From Octopus sinensis (Eukaryota): DNA of 64,000 bases. This document shows, one piece after another, positions 43,103-58,141 of the stretch (position 1 is the first letter of the stretch; each line of letters begins with the position of its first letter). Below the pieces are notes generated by a model. That model saw only the letters and a list, made by a program, of their open reading frames with translations, ran no database searches and was not told where the DNA came from. The position numbers and the translations under genes are program-made. The DNA lies in NCBI RefSeq assembly GCF_006345805.1, contig NC_043008.1:47740001-47804000 (forward strand). Reading direction: 5' to 3'.

Positions 43103-43330
43103 TGCATACATACTTATATATAGTGAAAATTTACAAAAAAAAATAAAAAGACGAAGACTGCTGTGTAATCAACAAACAGATGTATTAGTTTAACGTTCGG
43201 GAAGTAAAAAAAAAAAGTCTTATACGTTTGGAAGCTGAGCTCTTCGGCAGAAAGGAACATGAGGAAATAAACAGGGAGAGAAAACAGAAGAAGGTTGAGT
43301 GGCTAGCGAGGGGGTGGGGTTTTAAAATTC
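43100..43330 (-). mobile_element. PLE-type 3' end with degenerate hammerhead-like motif
   Basis: Minus strand CTGCCGA-A-GAGC-TCA-GCTTC-CAAACGTA at 43221-43250; layout parallels the 58.8-kb element. Abuts (TA)n. Confidence 0.4.
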
Positions 43331-43498
43331 ACAAAATAGCTTTCATTTTTGTATTTTATCGAAATGAGATTTTTTACACTTAGCGTCCATTTATTGAGTG
43401 TGTGTGTGTATTCATACATACATATTTACATTCATACATACATACATGCATGCATGCATGAATGCATACATACATACATATATACATACATACATACA

Positions 43499-43530
<32 letters not shown>

Positions 43531-44133
43531 CATACATACATGCATACATGCATGCAAGCATACATACATACACACACAAACACACCATATATATATATAT
43601 ATATATATATAATATGATGTTTTTGTATTGAATTTTAAACCCCCCAAAAAGGAGCTCCTGTAATCCCTCGCCACATCGTGGTTCACCTGTTGCAGTTTAT
43701 TATTTAAGCTTACGTCGATTCCGCCGTGGGGTTGTTTTGCATTGATAATAAAATAAATCATTTATAAAAATAATAAAAGAAAAAGAAATACATAGTGCAG
43801 GACTGTTTCTACTTCGCGGATTTTCACCTATCGCCGCTGGGAGTGTTTGGACCCTAATACCCACGATAGTCGAGGGCTTACTATATCAAATATTGAAACA
43901 GCCTTGTGAGTTTTAGCTGGGAGAAAAACTCTCAGTATTACGAATCTGGTAGTCAGAAGTCCTCAACTATTCAACTGTCAACGCAAAGTAACCAATAGCC
44001 GCTACAAACCCATAGACCAACATTCGGCCATAGTGACTGCAAAACCGATAAAAAATAAACCAAAGCTGTGCTCCAGTACGGTCGCAGCCCTATGACTAAA
44101 ACCATTAAAATAGTAAAAGATTAAAAGAATATA

Positions 44134-44394
44134 TATAATCAAAATAATCAACAGGGATATCCAAGGTAGTGTAGTACAATCGTTTCGTGCTACTTCATTT
44201 TATTAAACACTAAGTATTACATCAGTTTTAAAATGTCGAGCAATCTTCAGCCACATATAGAATGTTTTAATTAAATGGACAATGCACATTTTTATACTTA
44301 CAGTGTTTAATACTTACAGTGGTTAATAAAATGAAGTAGCATGAAACGATTGTACTACACTACCTTGGATATCCTTGTTGCTCATTTTGATTAT
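44134..44394. mobile_element. ~260-bp fold-back element with a degenerate hammerhead remnant
   Basis: Arms 44134-44219 and about 44308-44394 are reverse complements. Minus strand at about 44213-44254 reads GTGG-CTGAAGA-TTGC..AAAA-CTGATG-TA-ATAC. Confidence 0.7.
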
Positions 44395-45354
44395 AATCAC
44401 CCCATTTGATTTATATGGATAATATCAATTCCAAAATCTGCTGCCTTTGACTTAAGTACCATATTCATCTGAATCTAAATATATATACACACACACATTC
44501 ACATATACATATAAGTGTGTGTGTATATGTATATATATTTATATATACATGTGTGTGTGTCTATGTGTGAGAGTGTGTGCGAGTGTGTCTATGTGTGAGT
44601 GTGGGTGTAAGCATGTATGTATGTTTGTATGTATATATATATATATATATATGCCTTTCTGTAATTTACCAGTTTACACTATTTCGTTCTGCAGTGATTT
44701 CAACTGCAATTTTTATAGAATGAAATAAATCTTTTACGAACAATTCTTATCAACTCTTTAACCTTTTATTTCAAGCAGTAAGCCTCAGATGACCAATTAT
44801 TTTATAGCAACGGCAAAGAATTGAAACCATTTATTGTAGATCACACTCCTGTCTTATTAAACTTGTATTTTCTTCAATTTTAATTTTCAATAATATAATG
44901 ATGGTAGAGTATTAATTGCAAAATTTAAAATGCGAAGCCATCCAAATTCCTATGTTATCTATTCATCATTTGTTTTCATACAAATCAATGAATGTATTGT
45001 GTTGTTTAATATTACTATTTCGACAATATGAACAAAATTCAGCGTTAATAACCTCACAGTAGGGTTATTTTTGATGTGTCTGTGTGTGCGTACAGGCCTC
45101 TGTCTATGTATCTATGTATATGTTTATATGCTGGTATACGTACAATAATACTAGTGACGAACTAATATAACAGTACAAAATATCATAATGTAGAGCATAA
45201 ATTTAATTTGGTCGACTGAAACCAAAGTTGGCGACTACTGAAAATTTCTGAGATGAAAGAGAAGCCGCCAGTAGCCGCCAGCATTGGTTTCAGCTGACTA
45301 AATTAGATGTGTAAATGCGTGTCTATGTAATATGTGTGTGTGTTTGCGTGTGCG

Positions 45355-45490
<136 letters not shown>

Positions 45491-45536
45491 ATGTATATAT
45501 ATATATATATATAATATATATATATATATAATATAT

Positions 45537-45599
<63 letters not shown>

Positions 45600-45874
45600 G
45601 TTATAGTTATAGATATATAGATATATAGATATAGATATGTATGTATGTCTTTATGACCATATGTCTATATGCATTTATTCATGTATGTATATATGGATAT
45701 ACGCATGTATATATGTATGCGTACTTCACAAGAAAGAAACTAATGCTTACCGTTTCATCAGTATAATCGAGAGAATTGATGGTTCAAATTGTATTCTTTA
45801 CTGGGTAGAATTATAGATATTATTAATAATATTAATGCTCGTTTTATAAATATTTTTATTGTCATTATTATTGT

Positions 45875-46091
<217 letters not shown>

Positions 46092-46829
46092 ATGATATAT
46101 CAAGATTTGAAATTTCATAGCAGAAATGATTTGTGAAAATGCTGTTAAATGAATTGTAGAGAATGATATATTTTATGGGAATTTCCATGTTTATGACTTG
46201 TCAAGTTTATATTGTACATTGTCACAAAATCTTAGATAATCACACGCTCCGTTAAAGACTTTGAATCCAAAATTTACAAGGGATTTCAGTTCAGCTGTCT
46301 TCAATACGTACACAATAATTAATCTAAGAATTACGAAGAGGCAGAATGAGGAACTATCGGCAAAGTAATTATCGAAGCGATTTATGACAACCGACTCCCG
46401 CTATATATATATATATATATTCGTGTAAAGATAATTAACCACAATGTTATCTAATTCTCACTTCAATATAAATAATAAACGTGTAAAGTCACAGCTCACT
46501 GCTGCATGAAATCGAACGATAGACAATACAATAATGGAGATTTGTTACTTCGAAGCGTTTCCTTCCCGTCTCAGGGCAGGCTCCTTCAAGGGAGTTTTAG
46601 CCATTTACATTAATTGTATTGATTATATCGATCTCAGTAATTTGTTCAGTGATTCTTCTGTTGTTCTTGTTGTCCTCTTCATATACCAAATCGAATTATA
46701 TGGCAAATTAATGTAGAGGGTATTATCCAGAAGGATAAGTACACGCTCAGCCTTTTTGATTAAGATCAAAGTTTCGGATTTATACAGATAAATATGTACG
46801 TCTATCTATTATATATCTGTCTTTCTATT

Positions 46830-46860
<31 letters not shown>

Positions 46861-47963
46861 GTGCGTTTGTGTGTGTGTGTTTGTGTGAGTTGTACTTTTG
46901 GGAGCATCTCGTTGCCAATCGCAACACACTCACTGGTTGGGTCGTATGTATATCACTTCAATTTTCCTATCAATTATTACCTAATACATCAATAGATGAA
47001 TGCTGTCCATGGCAATGTTTCTTCAGGCACCTTTTGCAAGCCAGGACACATGACTCTGTTTTTCCCCTTTTCTGTTTTAATTAGCAGTCTAATCGCACTC
47101 CTTAACAAGAACATCTCTTGTAATACGTGTTTTCTCATTAAGAATGCGGCAATACGTGAGTGAGTGACAGAGTGTAGTGTATGTATTTATGCATCTGTAA
47201 TAACATTGTTTTCTGGGTCGCTCCGTGTTTATTGAATTCTTACTTAACGGACTTGGATTTGAACAATTGGGTGTTTTCGGCTGTAAAATGTGTAATTCTT
47301 AACAAATCATTTTTTGTTATTGTTTCAATAATGTCTTTCTGAGTCAGCTGTGGTTAATCTTTTGAGTTGCTCCTATTGAATAACTTCAGATGTCAACGGT
47401 TACTTGGGGTGGATAATTAGTCTGAAGGGTGGGTTGAAAAAGGCGATAAGAATAAAACAACAGCAGGAAACCATCGAATAACCGGGAGTAACACAATTGA
47501 AACCACTTATATATAGTGCAACGCAGTGAATTTATCAAAACCGGAACCACGAGGTTTTCATGCAAACTTGATTATGCCCAGCCATGCTCTCCGGGTTCAT
47601 TTGTCCCTGGCTTCGCCGATGTTCTGCTGCGATGCTCCACGTGATGACAATCTTTACAGTTGACTGATGACTCAATTGATCACGTGCAATTCTTCCTATC
47701 CACCCATTCGTCATTAGAATCATTCTGCATAAACTTCACTTACGTAACCTACTTGGTAATCCCAATGTCTGATTCAACGGAAGTTGGGAACAGTTGATTG
47801 CTTCGATGTGTATTGCTTCCCCCTCACTTATACGTTAGGTCTTTCGTTCCTTCTCTCTCTGTTCGGGAGTCCTAGTTTTAAAATGCGGGAATCAGTATAT
47901 ATACATATGTATGTATGAATGTATGTATGTATGTATGTACGTATGTGTGTATGTACGTATGTA

Positions 47964-48020
<57 letters not shown>

Positions 48021-49378
48021 CTAAATAGCTCTGTTAACGGCAGAAAAACGGACGGATGCGGATACTGACGTCAGTTTGAGAACGCTTGTGTCAACTGGAA
48101 CAAGGAAACGTTTATCACTAAATAGGTTGGCCGTCAGCTGAGAACAAGTTCACCTTGCCATAATGGCCACACTTAAAACACCGAACGACTCTCTTAATTA
48201 AATTTGTTTTTTAAAAAGCTGTTGTTTCAGGTAAAGTTGATTTCATGATTAATTCTTCACACAACATTAACGATTGGCTGCGTCGATAAAGCAACGTTTT
48301 GGCAGCTAAACATTGAACTCACATAAGCACTCCAGCTGAGAAACCGGCTATCAAGTCACACACTAATTAAATTACGATGCAATTTAACATGACGTTACAA
48401 CAGATAAACAAGGATAACCACAAAGTTTCCAGCTTGGAGTATAGAATTAGCAAAAACAGAACAAAAAAAAAGCAGATATGTGAGAGGTAAAGAATTTTAT
48501 AGTTCTTTGATCTCGTATTTCTCGCTTTTATTTTCTCATTTTGGTTATCACACTCTCTCTCTCTCACACACACACACACATGTATGTGTATATGTATATA
48601 TGTGTGTGTGTGTATGCGTATATATATATATATGTATGTATGTGTGTACGTGTGCATCCATCGTTGCTTTTTGTTGTTTATACACACACAAGCACAAACA
48701 CACACACACATACACATATATTCACACACAAATATACACACACACTGACGTACTTACTTACATACATACATATACGTAAGAAGAAATACTCAACACCGCA
48801 TTAAGGGATAAAATTTCTTTATTTGTGTATGAAGGTAATCATTGGTTTCATTTTCAGAAAAACATATAAATATCTTAACAATTTTTCAAGTCAAGGATAT
48901 GGCGAGATAAAATCATTTTGGATAAAATCATGAAAAATCTAGGGAAAAGTCTCGGTAATTCACAAAAGTATCGTAAAAAAAAATCAAAAATCAAGGGGCG
49001 CTACTCTTCGACGACACGTTATAAGAAACACTCCACTAGATGGACTCCCTCAGCACATAAACATGCGAACACCAGCTAAACGCAGAATATAATATATAAT
49101 GTAAACAAGTTCACAATCTAACACGGTGTTTTTCCCAAAAGTTACTAATAGGTCTCATCTAAGAGTAACGCCACTTGATTTCTTTTCTTTACGAGTTTAT
49201 TGTTTTTGTATGTCTGTGAATTGCCGATACTTTTCATGATTTCGTCGAAAATGGAAGACGAACGCCATTCCTCCGTGAGTTTGACTTGAAAATGTCTTTA
49301 AACTATTAAGATGTCTTTCATAACATGAAACCAATGGTGTATACGTATGTATCTCATTCTGAGATTTAATAATGTATA

Positions 49379-49412
<34 letters not shown>

Positions 49413-49413
<1 letters not shown>

Positions 49414-49722
49414 GAGGCGCAATGGCCCAGTGCTTAGAGCAGCGTACTCACTGTTGGAGGATCGCATCGCGGTTTCCATTCCCAGACCGGGTATTGTGCG
49501 CGTTTATTGAGCGAAAACACCTAAAGCTCCACGATGCCCCGGTACGGGGTGGTGGTGACCCCTGTTGTACTCTTTCGCCCAACTTTCTCTCACTCTTTCT
49601 TCCTCTCTTTCTTGTGTAGCGCTGCGATGGACTGGCGTCCTGTCCAGCTGGGGGAACACATACGCCATAGAAACCGGGAAAGCGGGCCCATGAGACTGGT
49701 TCGGCTTGAAAAAGGCGCATGA
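49413..49722 (+). mobile_element. tRNA-derived SINE, head family A, tail type 3
   Basis: Same head and core as the other family-A copies. The 3' part contains CTGCGATGGACTGGCGTCCTGTCCAG. Confidence 0.85.
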
Positions 49723-49745
49723 AAACATAAAAAATATATATTTTA

Positions 49746-49976
49746 AGGCGATGAGCTGGCAGAATCGTTAGCACACCGGGTGAAATGCTTAGCGATATTT
49801 CGTCTGCCGCTACGTTCCGAGTTCAAATTTCGCCGAGGTACACTTTGCCTTTCATCTTTTCGGGGTCCATTACATAAGTAGCAGGTACGCACTAGGGTCG
49901 ATGTAATCGACTTAATCTCTTTGTCTGTCCTTGGTTGTCCCCTCTATGTTTAGCCCCCTGTGGGCAATAAAGAAAT
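49746..49976 (+). mobile_element. Family-B SINE, near full length
   Basis: GGCGATGAGCTGGCAGAATCGTTAGCAC...GAGTTCAAATTTCGCCGAGG...GTGGGCAATAAAGAAAT. Confidence 0.9.
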
Positions 49977-49979
49977 ATA

Positions 49980-50012
<33 letters not shown>

Positions 50013-50080
50013 TGATAAAACGGTAAGATAACAAAAGAAAGAAAGAGACCTCAATATTATGTAAATAGAGGAAATTTATC

Positions 50081-50180
50081 TATACAATATGTTACATTAC
50101 TCGGTAGTCAAGATAAAACTCTGAGTTTCAGATGCATCTGAATCTCAGAGTTTTATCTTGACTACCGAGTAATGTAACAT

Positions 50181-50188
<8 letters not shown>
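50081..50188. repeat. 108-bp near-perfect palindrome
   Basis: Symmetric about 50134/50135 (ttcagatg|catctgaa) with no spacer and one mismatch. Confidence 0.95.
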
Positions 50189-50230
<42 letters not shown>

Positions 50231-51894
50231 AGGAACGAAAATGGATTTTAAAGGCTCGCAACAACTGTTATTAGTAGCATTTCTGTATCGACGTGATCGA
50301 TCTATTCATCAATAAACAAATGCCTCTGGAACAGCTGTTAGGAACCTTTTGTGTTCTTTTATATAAACGCCATTCCTAGAACCATCCTTATTTTGTATCT
50401 GTAATTTCCGTTCGATCGCGAACCTACGCATGTGCATGTTCTGCCGTGTGTGGGCGTATGTATGTGTGTATTTGTGTTTGTGTGTGTGTGTGTGTGCATA
50501 CGTGAGTGGGTGAGGTGTGGGGGTGTATGGGGGGCATGCGTGTGTATATGTGTGAGTTTTTGCGTGTATGAATGTGTGTGCGTGCGTGGATGTGCGTGCG
50601 TGTTTATGCGTGTGTGTATTTATGTGTGTGTATGTTTGAACTGAATAACAAGGGATCAGGAATTAAGTAAATCAAATTCTTCATTATAGGGATGTCTTTG
50701 CATCAGTGCACTTAGAGCAGAGTGCATCATCATCATCTTGCAGCTTCATCGCAACGACGTACCCCTTAAACAACAACAGCAGGAGCACTGTAAATTTAGC
50801 GAGTGTTGCGTTACGCTTCTCTGCTGTCTTCATTTCCATTGCATGGGTGTGGATTAATGAATATATTTTAGTTAATTGCACGCACCACCACGCTAAAATT
50901 GAATCAATTTAAGTTGATCACATACCCAATTAATGCGAATTAATTTACTGTGCATGAAATTCAAGATAAACGTCTCGAGATTAAATATAACATACGATGT
51001 ATACATATACATCTGTATGGAAATACACTACCACATGTTTACCCGTATGTATGTATATGTTACGTACATACAGACGGGTGTATACAACTATTAGCTTATT
51101 AGATATATTTATATACATATAAATTACATACGCTTCTAAATATGTGAGTAGATATTAGAAGTACATATTTACAATTAATTTACATTGTGAATTGCAAATA
51201 AGATATAATTGATATTTCGATACTTATTTATATATTGATATAAATATTGTCTTAATTCTCTTTTCCATTAAAATGTTAATGAGATCGGTTAATTCTGGTA
51301 GCCACGTGACATAGCATGTATTGATCGACAACATACCTACATACGCACATGCATACATACATGCGTGTATATGCGTAATCGTATATAATATAACAATATA
51401 AATAAGCTCTTTCCTTATCGCGATTAGAATATACAGACATCTTAAATACACTATGGGTGTATAATGTAGCTTCAATGGATAATAGATATATGCATGATCA
51501 TAACTTATATATATACACTCTCCCATATATACGATTATGCTTATATACACATTCATATATATATATATGTGTGTGTGTGTGTGTATGTATGATAATAAAG
51601 AAATGGATGAAGCGACATATAGCCATCCCAATACATATATATATTAATCTTTAAATTGTTTCAGTCATTTGACTGTGCCCATGCTGGAGCCCGCCTTTAG
51701 TCGAGCAAATCGCCCCGAGGACATATATTCATTGTAATACTAGTACTTATTCTGTCGATATTCTGTCCGATACAACTTGGCACCAGTGATGTCGTAACTC
51801 ATATATATATATAATATATATATATATGTGTGTGTGTATGTGTGTGTGTGTGTGCGTGTGCGTGTTTATGTGCATACATGCATACATACATGCA

Positions 51895-51927
<33 letters not shown>

Positions 51928-52417
51928 CATACATGCATGCATTTTATATATATATTTGCGTACATGCATATGTGCATATATGTAGTGTGTGTATAATCCA
52001 ATAACTTAATTAGCCTAAATGACACCCATTAACACCTCAGTAGGCTGTGTAGCTCTCTCTCTCATGCCGTACTCCTTCGAAGCTTTATTTATTATGACAT
52101 GATGTAATATCATAGCTTATTAAGGCACCGTGTCTCTATAATCTTTAACTCCAATTTGCATTTTTTCCATTCTTGATTCTGCAACAATAACTGAAAAGCT
52201 ATAAAATATTAACTCGAGTTTTCTCTGTTATTTAAATAGATAAGATGAAAAAGAAGGAATAAGGCATATATATTGGCTCGATTCCGAAAGTTTGGCATCA
52301 AAATTCAGCTTAATTCCCCAACCAGAAGTTGGACCGGAGATTAAAGAAAAGAAACGTGAATTTTTAAAAGTAATCCGGATTTTATCAGCATATGTCGTCA
52401 CTGTTTTACTTCGATAG

Positions 52418-52482
52418 CAGCCTCTGGCAATCTGGCACTATTCTTCATTGGCAGCAAAAACTGCAAAGTCAAGTATACTCAG
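52418..52482 (+). CDS. Candidate internal exon (unknown gene)
   Basis: ctgttttacttcgatag(cag)|...ACTCAG|gtgagt, a strong donor. All three frames are open; the phase 1-0 frame gives ASGNLALFFIGSKNCKVKYTQ. Confidence 0.35.
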
Positions 52483-54199
52483 GTGAGTGTAATGTAATTT
52501 ACACTAGAAACTTATTCATCAATGCCAAAATATGTAACGCTTGCTGTTGGCCACATTTCCACATATAAATGATAATTGTGATTAATCCTTCTGCAAAATT
52601 TGAGATTTTCCTTGGCCTCAATTTTTCCTTCCCTGGATTATAATCTAGCACAGATTACTTCCTATGGCGAGATTTAGAGTTTATTTCCTTTCTACTGAGG
52701 AAACCGAGATAATAGAGAATACATTACCCGGCTTTTCAATCATTTACCTACTTTTACAGTTATCAGGAATATGGCAGAAATTTTCTTCCAGCATTTTCGT
52801 TTGAAATACCACCTTATACAAAAATATTTTCTCGAACCATTCGATCTACGACATCACGAGGTAGGAAGGATAATCTAGTTTATTATGCAACCAATTGGAT
52901 ATAATTAAGAATATGATAGCATAAACATTATTGAACGGTGTAATATAAATATTATAAATTTGGTTATAGTGAATATAAATTATATTCCGTAATGTCTGTT
53001 GACTTTTTAATAGTTTTTATTTTATAATGTTGCATATAATAATAACATAACACTTTGTGTAGGTGGTAGGTGTGCGCGTAGAACATTACAACACCTGTGT
53101 GTATAGATGGGTATATAGAACATGATAAGACTATGTGTGCACGTGTTTAAGGAAAATATTCCTACTCAATGTTTAGGTAATATGTAAAATATTGAAGTAC
53201 AATGTGTGTAGATGTGTCTACAGAATAACACAGCACTGTGTGTATGTAGTTGAGTGTGTAGAATATCATATGTGAAGGTGTTGTGTTTTCTATCCACATT
53301 AGGCTACACAGTTTCTCTGTGTGAGTTGCCCAGCTACGCCTTGCTCAATATTTCCCATATTACTTATCCAGGCATATGCTTAATTGCAGTCATTTTTATG
53401 TAAAGCGTATTTACATTCACGCGTGTGTGTGTGGGTGTATTTATGTGTGAGCGTGTATACATAATGTTATTCTGTTTTGAGCCTCGATGCCTATTAGGCC
53501 GAAGATTGTCCCGGTTTCCATGACATCTAGGTCACTGAGAGGAAAAGTTCTTGTCCACTGAAAGGGTCAACAGTCTCCCTCTCCCAGGATTAACAACACA
53601 CGACGCTGACCTGAGAAGAGCTAACACCCAAAAGACTGCACTATGCCCTTTCAAGCACGCACTCTCATCAACACACAAAGCCCTGCACACATAAATGCGC
53701 GTAGGTATGAGTGACAATGTCCTTTGTTTTCGAAACTTTCCCTTCACCACTTTTCACCGATTCCATTACAATCAACGTGAGTGCCATTCCCTGCAACGGT
53801 GCCCAGAAGCATTAAAACTACCAGAGAATAGCTACGTTATTTGGACTCAATAGGATGATTGCACTAAACAGCTGTATTCCTATTTCTTATCTTACACCTT
53901 GCGAAGAATTTATTGCTTGCACACAATTTGGCTTTTTTTCAAGCAAACCGCTGCTATATCCAGTCTAAGACATTTGCTGCTTCCCTATCCTCTTGACAAA
54001 AGAGGATTCCTCTACCTTCGTCCAGTGCCAACCTGATAGTACAATGTGAATTTATATACAAAGCCACTACGTCTCACCTTTACTGGAATCCCTGCACACT
54101 GCCATCATCAGATCTCACACGTTTTTCTAGCTCCTATCATCTGACCACACCAAACTGTCTTTCCAAGGAACAATCAACAAGCCAAAGTTCACAAACTTG

Positions 54200-54430
54200 A
54201 AACTACATTCATTCGAATGAACATCTAATTGGCTGTGGACGTCTTTCTACAGATTGTTTACATTTCTATCCAAAACACAGATTCTAAATCGCACATTAGG
54301 TTAACTTCAAATTCATTCAAATCACGTTTTAATAAACACATATACATGTTACGCAATTACTGTAGAAACACAAACACATTTCCCCCACATTTATTTGAAA
54401 TCTTAAATAAAATCTATGATAGAAAATAAT
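54200..54430 (+). mobile_element. Penelope-like element GIY-YIG endonuclease remnant
   Basis: IVYISIQNTDSKSHIRLTSNSFKSRFNKHIYMLRNYCRNTNTFPPHLFEILNK follows the PLE pattern IVY......K.YIG.T...FK.R.N.H...FR......T.LS.H.W.LK. Confidence 0.7.
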
Positions 54431-55209
54431 AATTAATGTTTTACAACCCACATAATCATTGAAAACGATTTTATATTCCGGAATCTTCTGAAATACTGTT
54501 TTCTAATGTCTCTCCCCTCTCTCTTTCTCTCTGTCTTTCTCTTTCTTTCTTTCTCTTTAAATCATGAAACCAGTTCGAGTGATTGAATATTATTGATAAC
54601 TCACAGATAATAGCTAATAACATTTTTCTCACATGAGAGCTATGTCTAAAATAAGAACCAAGTTATATAACTTAGGCCAACAACACTAAACATCTTGGCA
54701 CAAACAGACTTCTGTAGATCAAAGACAGGCACGGGATACAATTCAGGTTTCTTTCAAACCAACCGTTTTTCTAACAAACAAAATATTTGCTCGCTTTGTT
54801 ATATTTGAACATTTAAAGTTTGCATTGTTTACGGATGCTGAGTTATTTCAATCCTTCTATCAAACCAAAGAGATAGAAAGAGTTAATGCGACTTAATTCC
54901 CCATTCTAAACAAACATGATTTTGTTACGTAAAAATTATGATTCTACAAAAACGAAATATTTATCACACATTACTATAAACACATCAATTTTCTCATTTA
55001 TGAAACTGTTTTTTAATATTTCTTAATATATCAATATTTCGTATATCCTTGTTTGGATAGGTCTATATGCTACACCACTCTGAACATAAAGCTCAACGCA
55101 TTTCATACTCACACATTCAAAACTTCTGAGAATTGTCATATATATAATAGTCCTTCATTACAGACGGCGATATTCGAAGGAATAAATTGTAATGATGAAA
55201 TTGGTTCAG

Positions 55210-55285
<76 letters not shown>

Positions 55286-55511
55286 GTGTGTGTAAGCATG
55301 CGTGCGTGTATTGTAAAGATCAAGTCCGCCAGGTCTTCACATTTCGCCCTGTGGCAGCGAAACCTGATGTCTGAATCGAATTGATCTTTCCAACAATTTC
55401 CATTCTACATTGAGGATAGAATCAACCCAGCAGTGAATGCTCCGCTGATATTTGTACCTTGTTTTGAAGTAATAATCATAGTTTAATATTTATATATGTG
55501 TTAGTTGGGCG

Positions 55512-55732
55512 GGGTACGAGCTATCTGAATCGCTAGCACGCCGGGAAAGATACTTGGCGGTATATTGTTGGACCTTACGCTCTGAGTTCAGATTCTGTTG
55601 TGGTCGACATTACCTTTCATCCTATCGGGGTCGATGGAAAAACGTACCAGTTCAATACTGGGGGTCAATTTAATCAACGTACCCCCACCCACCCCCACCG
55701 AAATTGCTGGACATGTGCCTAAGTTTGAAATC
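55512..55732 (+). mobile_element. Degenerate family-B SINE
   Basis: Diverged match to the family-B head and core. Confidence 0.8.
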
Positions 55733-56203
55733 GATATATATATTTGTGTGTGTGTGGACATAGACATATAAGGACACACACGCACACACACACACACACA
55801 CACATATATACATATATACATATAGCCAGGAAGACAGAGAGAGGGAGAGAGAGTGAGAGCGAGAAAGAGAGAGAGAAAGATGTACATGGATGCGTGTGCT
55901 TATGCGTAGACTTGCCTTGGTATCACGTGATGGTTCTCATGAACCATCGCCACAAACCATTTTCGATCGCTACTTTTCCATGAAAAACTTTTCCGAACAT
56001 TGAGCAAATATTACTTGTGACGGTTGGCGACAGGAAAGGCATGAAACCGTACAAAATGTGTCTCAACGAATTCCTTTCGAAAGTATGGAATAGTGGACGT
56101 TAAAAACATTTCATGTGTATGTGTATGTGTGCAGGTGGTATGTATACATACATATATATATATATATATAGATATAATAATATATATATATATATATATA
56201 TCT

Positions 56204-56234
<31 letters not shown>

Positions 56235-56783
56235 ACAATATATACAAATATATACAAATATATATATATATATACATACATAGTGAGATAGAAAGGAAGG
56301 AGAGAGTAAGATATATATATATATGTATGTACATCTATGAATGGGTGTGTATGCGGGTGTTTGAGTAAGTAGGCGTGTATTTTTGCTTTATTTTGGTTTA
56401 TTGTTCTTTTGAAGCCTGCAACGAGCCAGTTAAACCACTCAAAGCTTCTGGTGTTTGTCTCGTATCGCAGCCAGAGATATTAGACTATAATCCCTACGCG
56501 ACGTTATTCCATAAATTGTCCTTCTGCTAAGCTCAATTTATTCCAGTCACTTAACTTAGTTTCCAGAAGCGACGTCGGCGAGTGAAGACGAGTTACATTT
56601 GGGAAACTAGTCATGATAGCATAATGAATCTGTACTGAAAACCACACGAAACACAATTTATATATATATAGATATATATATATACATACACTGTATACAC
56701 AAACAAGTTCAACATATGTCTGCATATACATATTTGTGCAGGTACGTATAGAAATGTTCTTGTGTGTATACACATACACGCAA

Positions 56784-56822
<39 letters not shown>

Positions 56823-56925
56823 CATACATACACACACACACACACATATGATGTACGTACGGACACGATGCATATTTTTATATACATATATGTATATATA
56901 TATTATATATATATATTATATAATA

Positions 56926-57022
<97 letters not shown>

Positions 57023-57595
57023 GTATATATATATATGTATATATTACACAGATGTATGTGTGTGTGTGTGTTCAGTGTACAGTGTCGACTGTAAAGTAGT
57101 TAGTATGTAAATCACCTAATCCGGATGTAATTGACGTTAGAAAAATAATAGTCAAATGTCAACTGGTTGTTATTTTGGTAAAACTATATATATAAAAAGA
57201 AAGAAAGACAGCACCAACATCTCTCTTTCTCTCCCCCAAACCATCCCCCCAAACACACACTCACCCCCCTAGATGCTCTCCGTTTCTGAGTCAGAGGGCA
57301 GAAATGATGTGAAAATAATTTTCAAAAATCACTTTTTAATGCCTGAATTCCAATTGACAGGAATCTCTTCATCGGTTCTTCGAGACTGTTCTGCTCTACT
57401 TAAATAGAGTCATGTGCATTCATGCAGTAATGTGTTGTTGGTGTGTGTGTGTGTTTGTGTGTGTGTTTGTGTGTGTGTGTGTGGTATAGCTGTCATTGTA
57501 CGTCTATGTGTGAGTGTGGTGGGGGTGAAGATGTGTGTATTTGGATACCAAAACAAGAGTAATAAGTATTTAATCCTCTTTTTTTTTTCTTTTAG

Positions 57596-57665
57596 AAGCA
57601 AAGTCTTCGATTTGTGGCTGCTCTGAGTTTGCCATGGTTACAATATTCACGGCTGCAACTGGCAG
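57596..57665 (+). CDS. Candidate internal exon (unknown gene)
   Basis: Long polypyrimidine tract ..cttttttttttcttttag| and donor TGGCAG|gtaata; 70 nt. The phase 0-1 frame gives KQSLRFVAALSLPWLQYSRLQLA. Confidence 0.4.
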
Positions 57666-57775
57666 GTAATATACCTAGCTGACTGTCTCGGATTTTCACC
57701 CAGTTGCTCTTAGTTAATTTGTTAATTGGTTAATTGGTTAGCCGGTATAAAGTGACATCCAGATAGATAGATAGA

Positions 57776-57810
<35 letters not shown>

Positions 57811-57940
57811 GTATATGTGTGTGTATGTGTATATATATGTATGTGTATATGTATGTGTATATATATATGTGTGTGTGTGTGTGTGTATATGTATATATAT
57901 GATGTATATGTGTGTGTGTATGTGTATATATATGTATGTG

Positions 57941-57993
<53 letters not shown>

Positions 57994-58098
57994 ACATGTA
58001 TCGTTTCTGGTGGGCGTGAGGAATGGGTTTGGCCAGTGGTTCGGTGGTGTGTGGGTTCTACATACATATACCAATTATATTCTGGCACAAACATCTCT

Positions 58099-58141
<43 letters not shown>

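Noticed and set aside
47659-47754. Possible exon LTDDSIDHVQFFLSTHSSLESFCINFTY
   Set aside because: Splice signals are moderate and its phase does not fit the other candidate exons.
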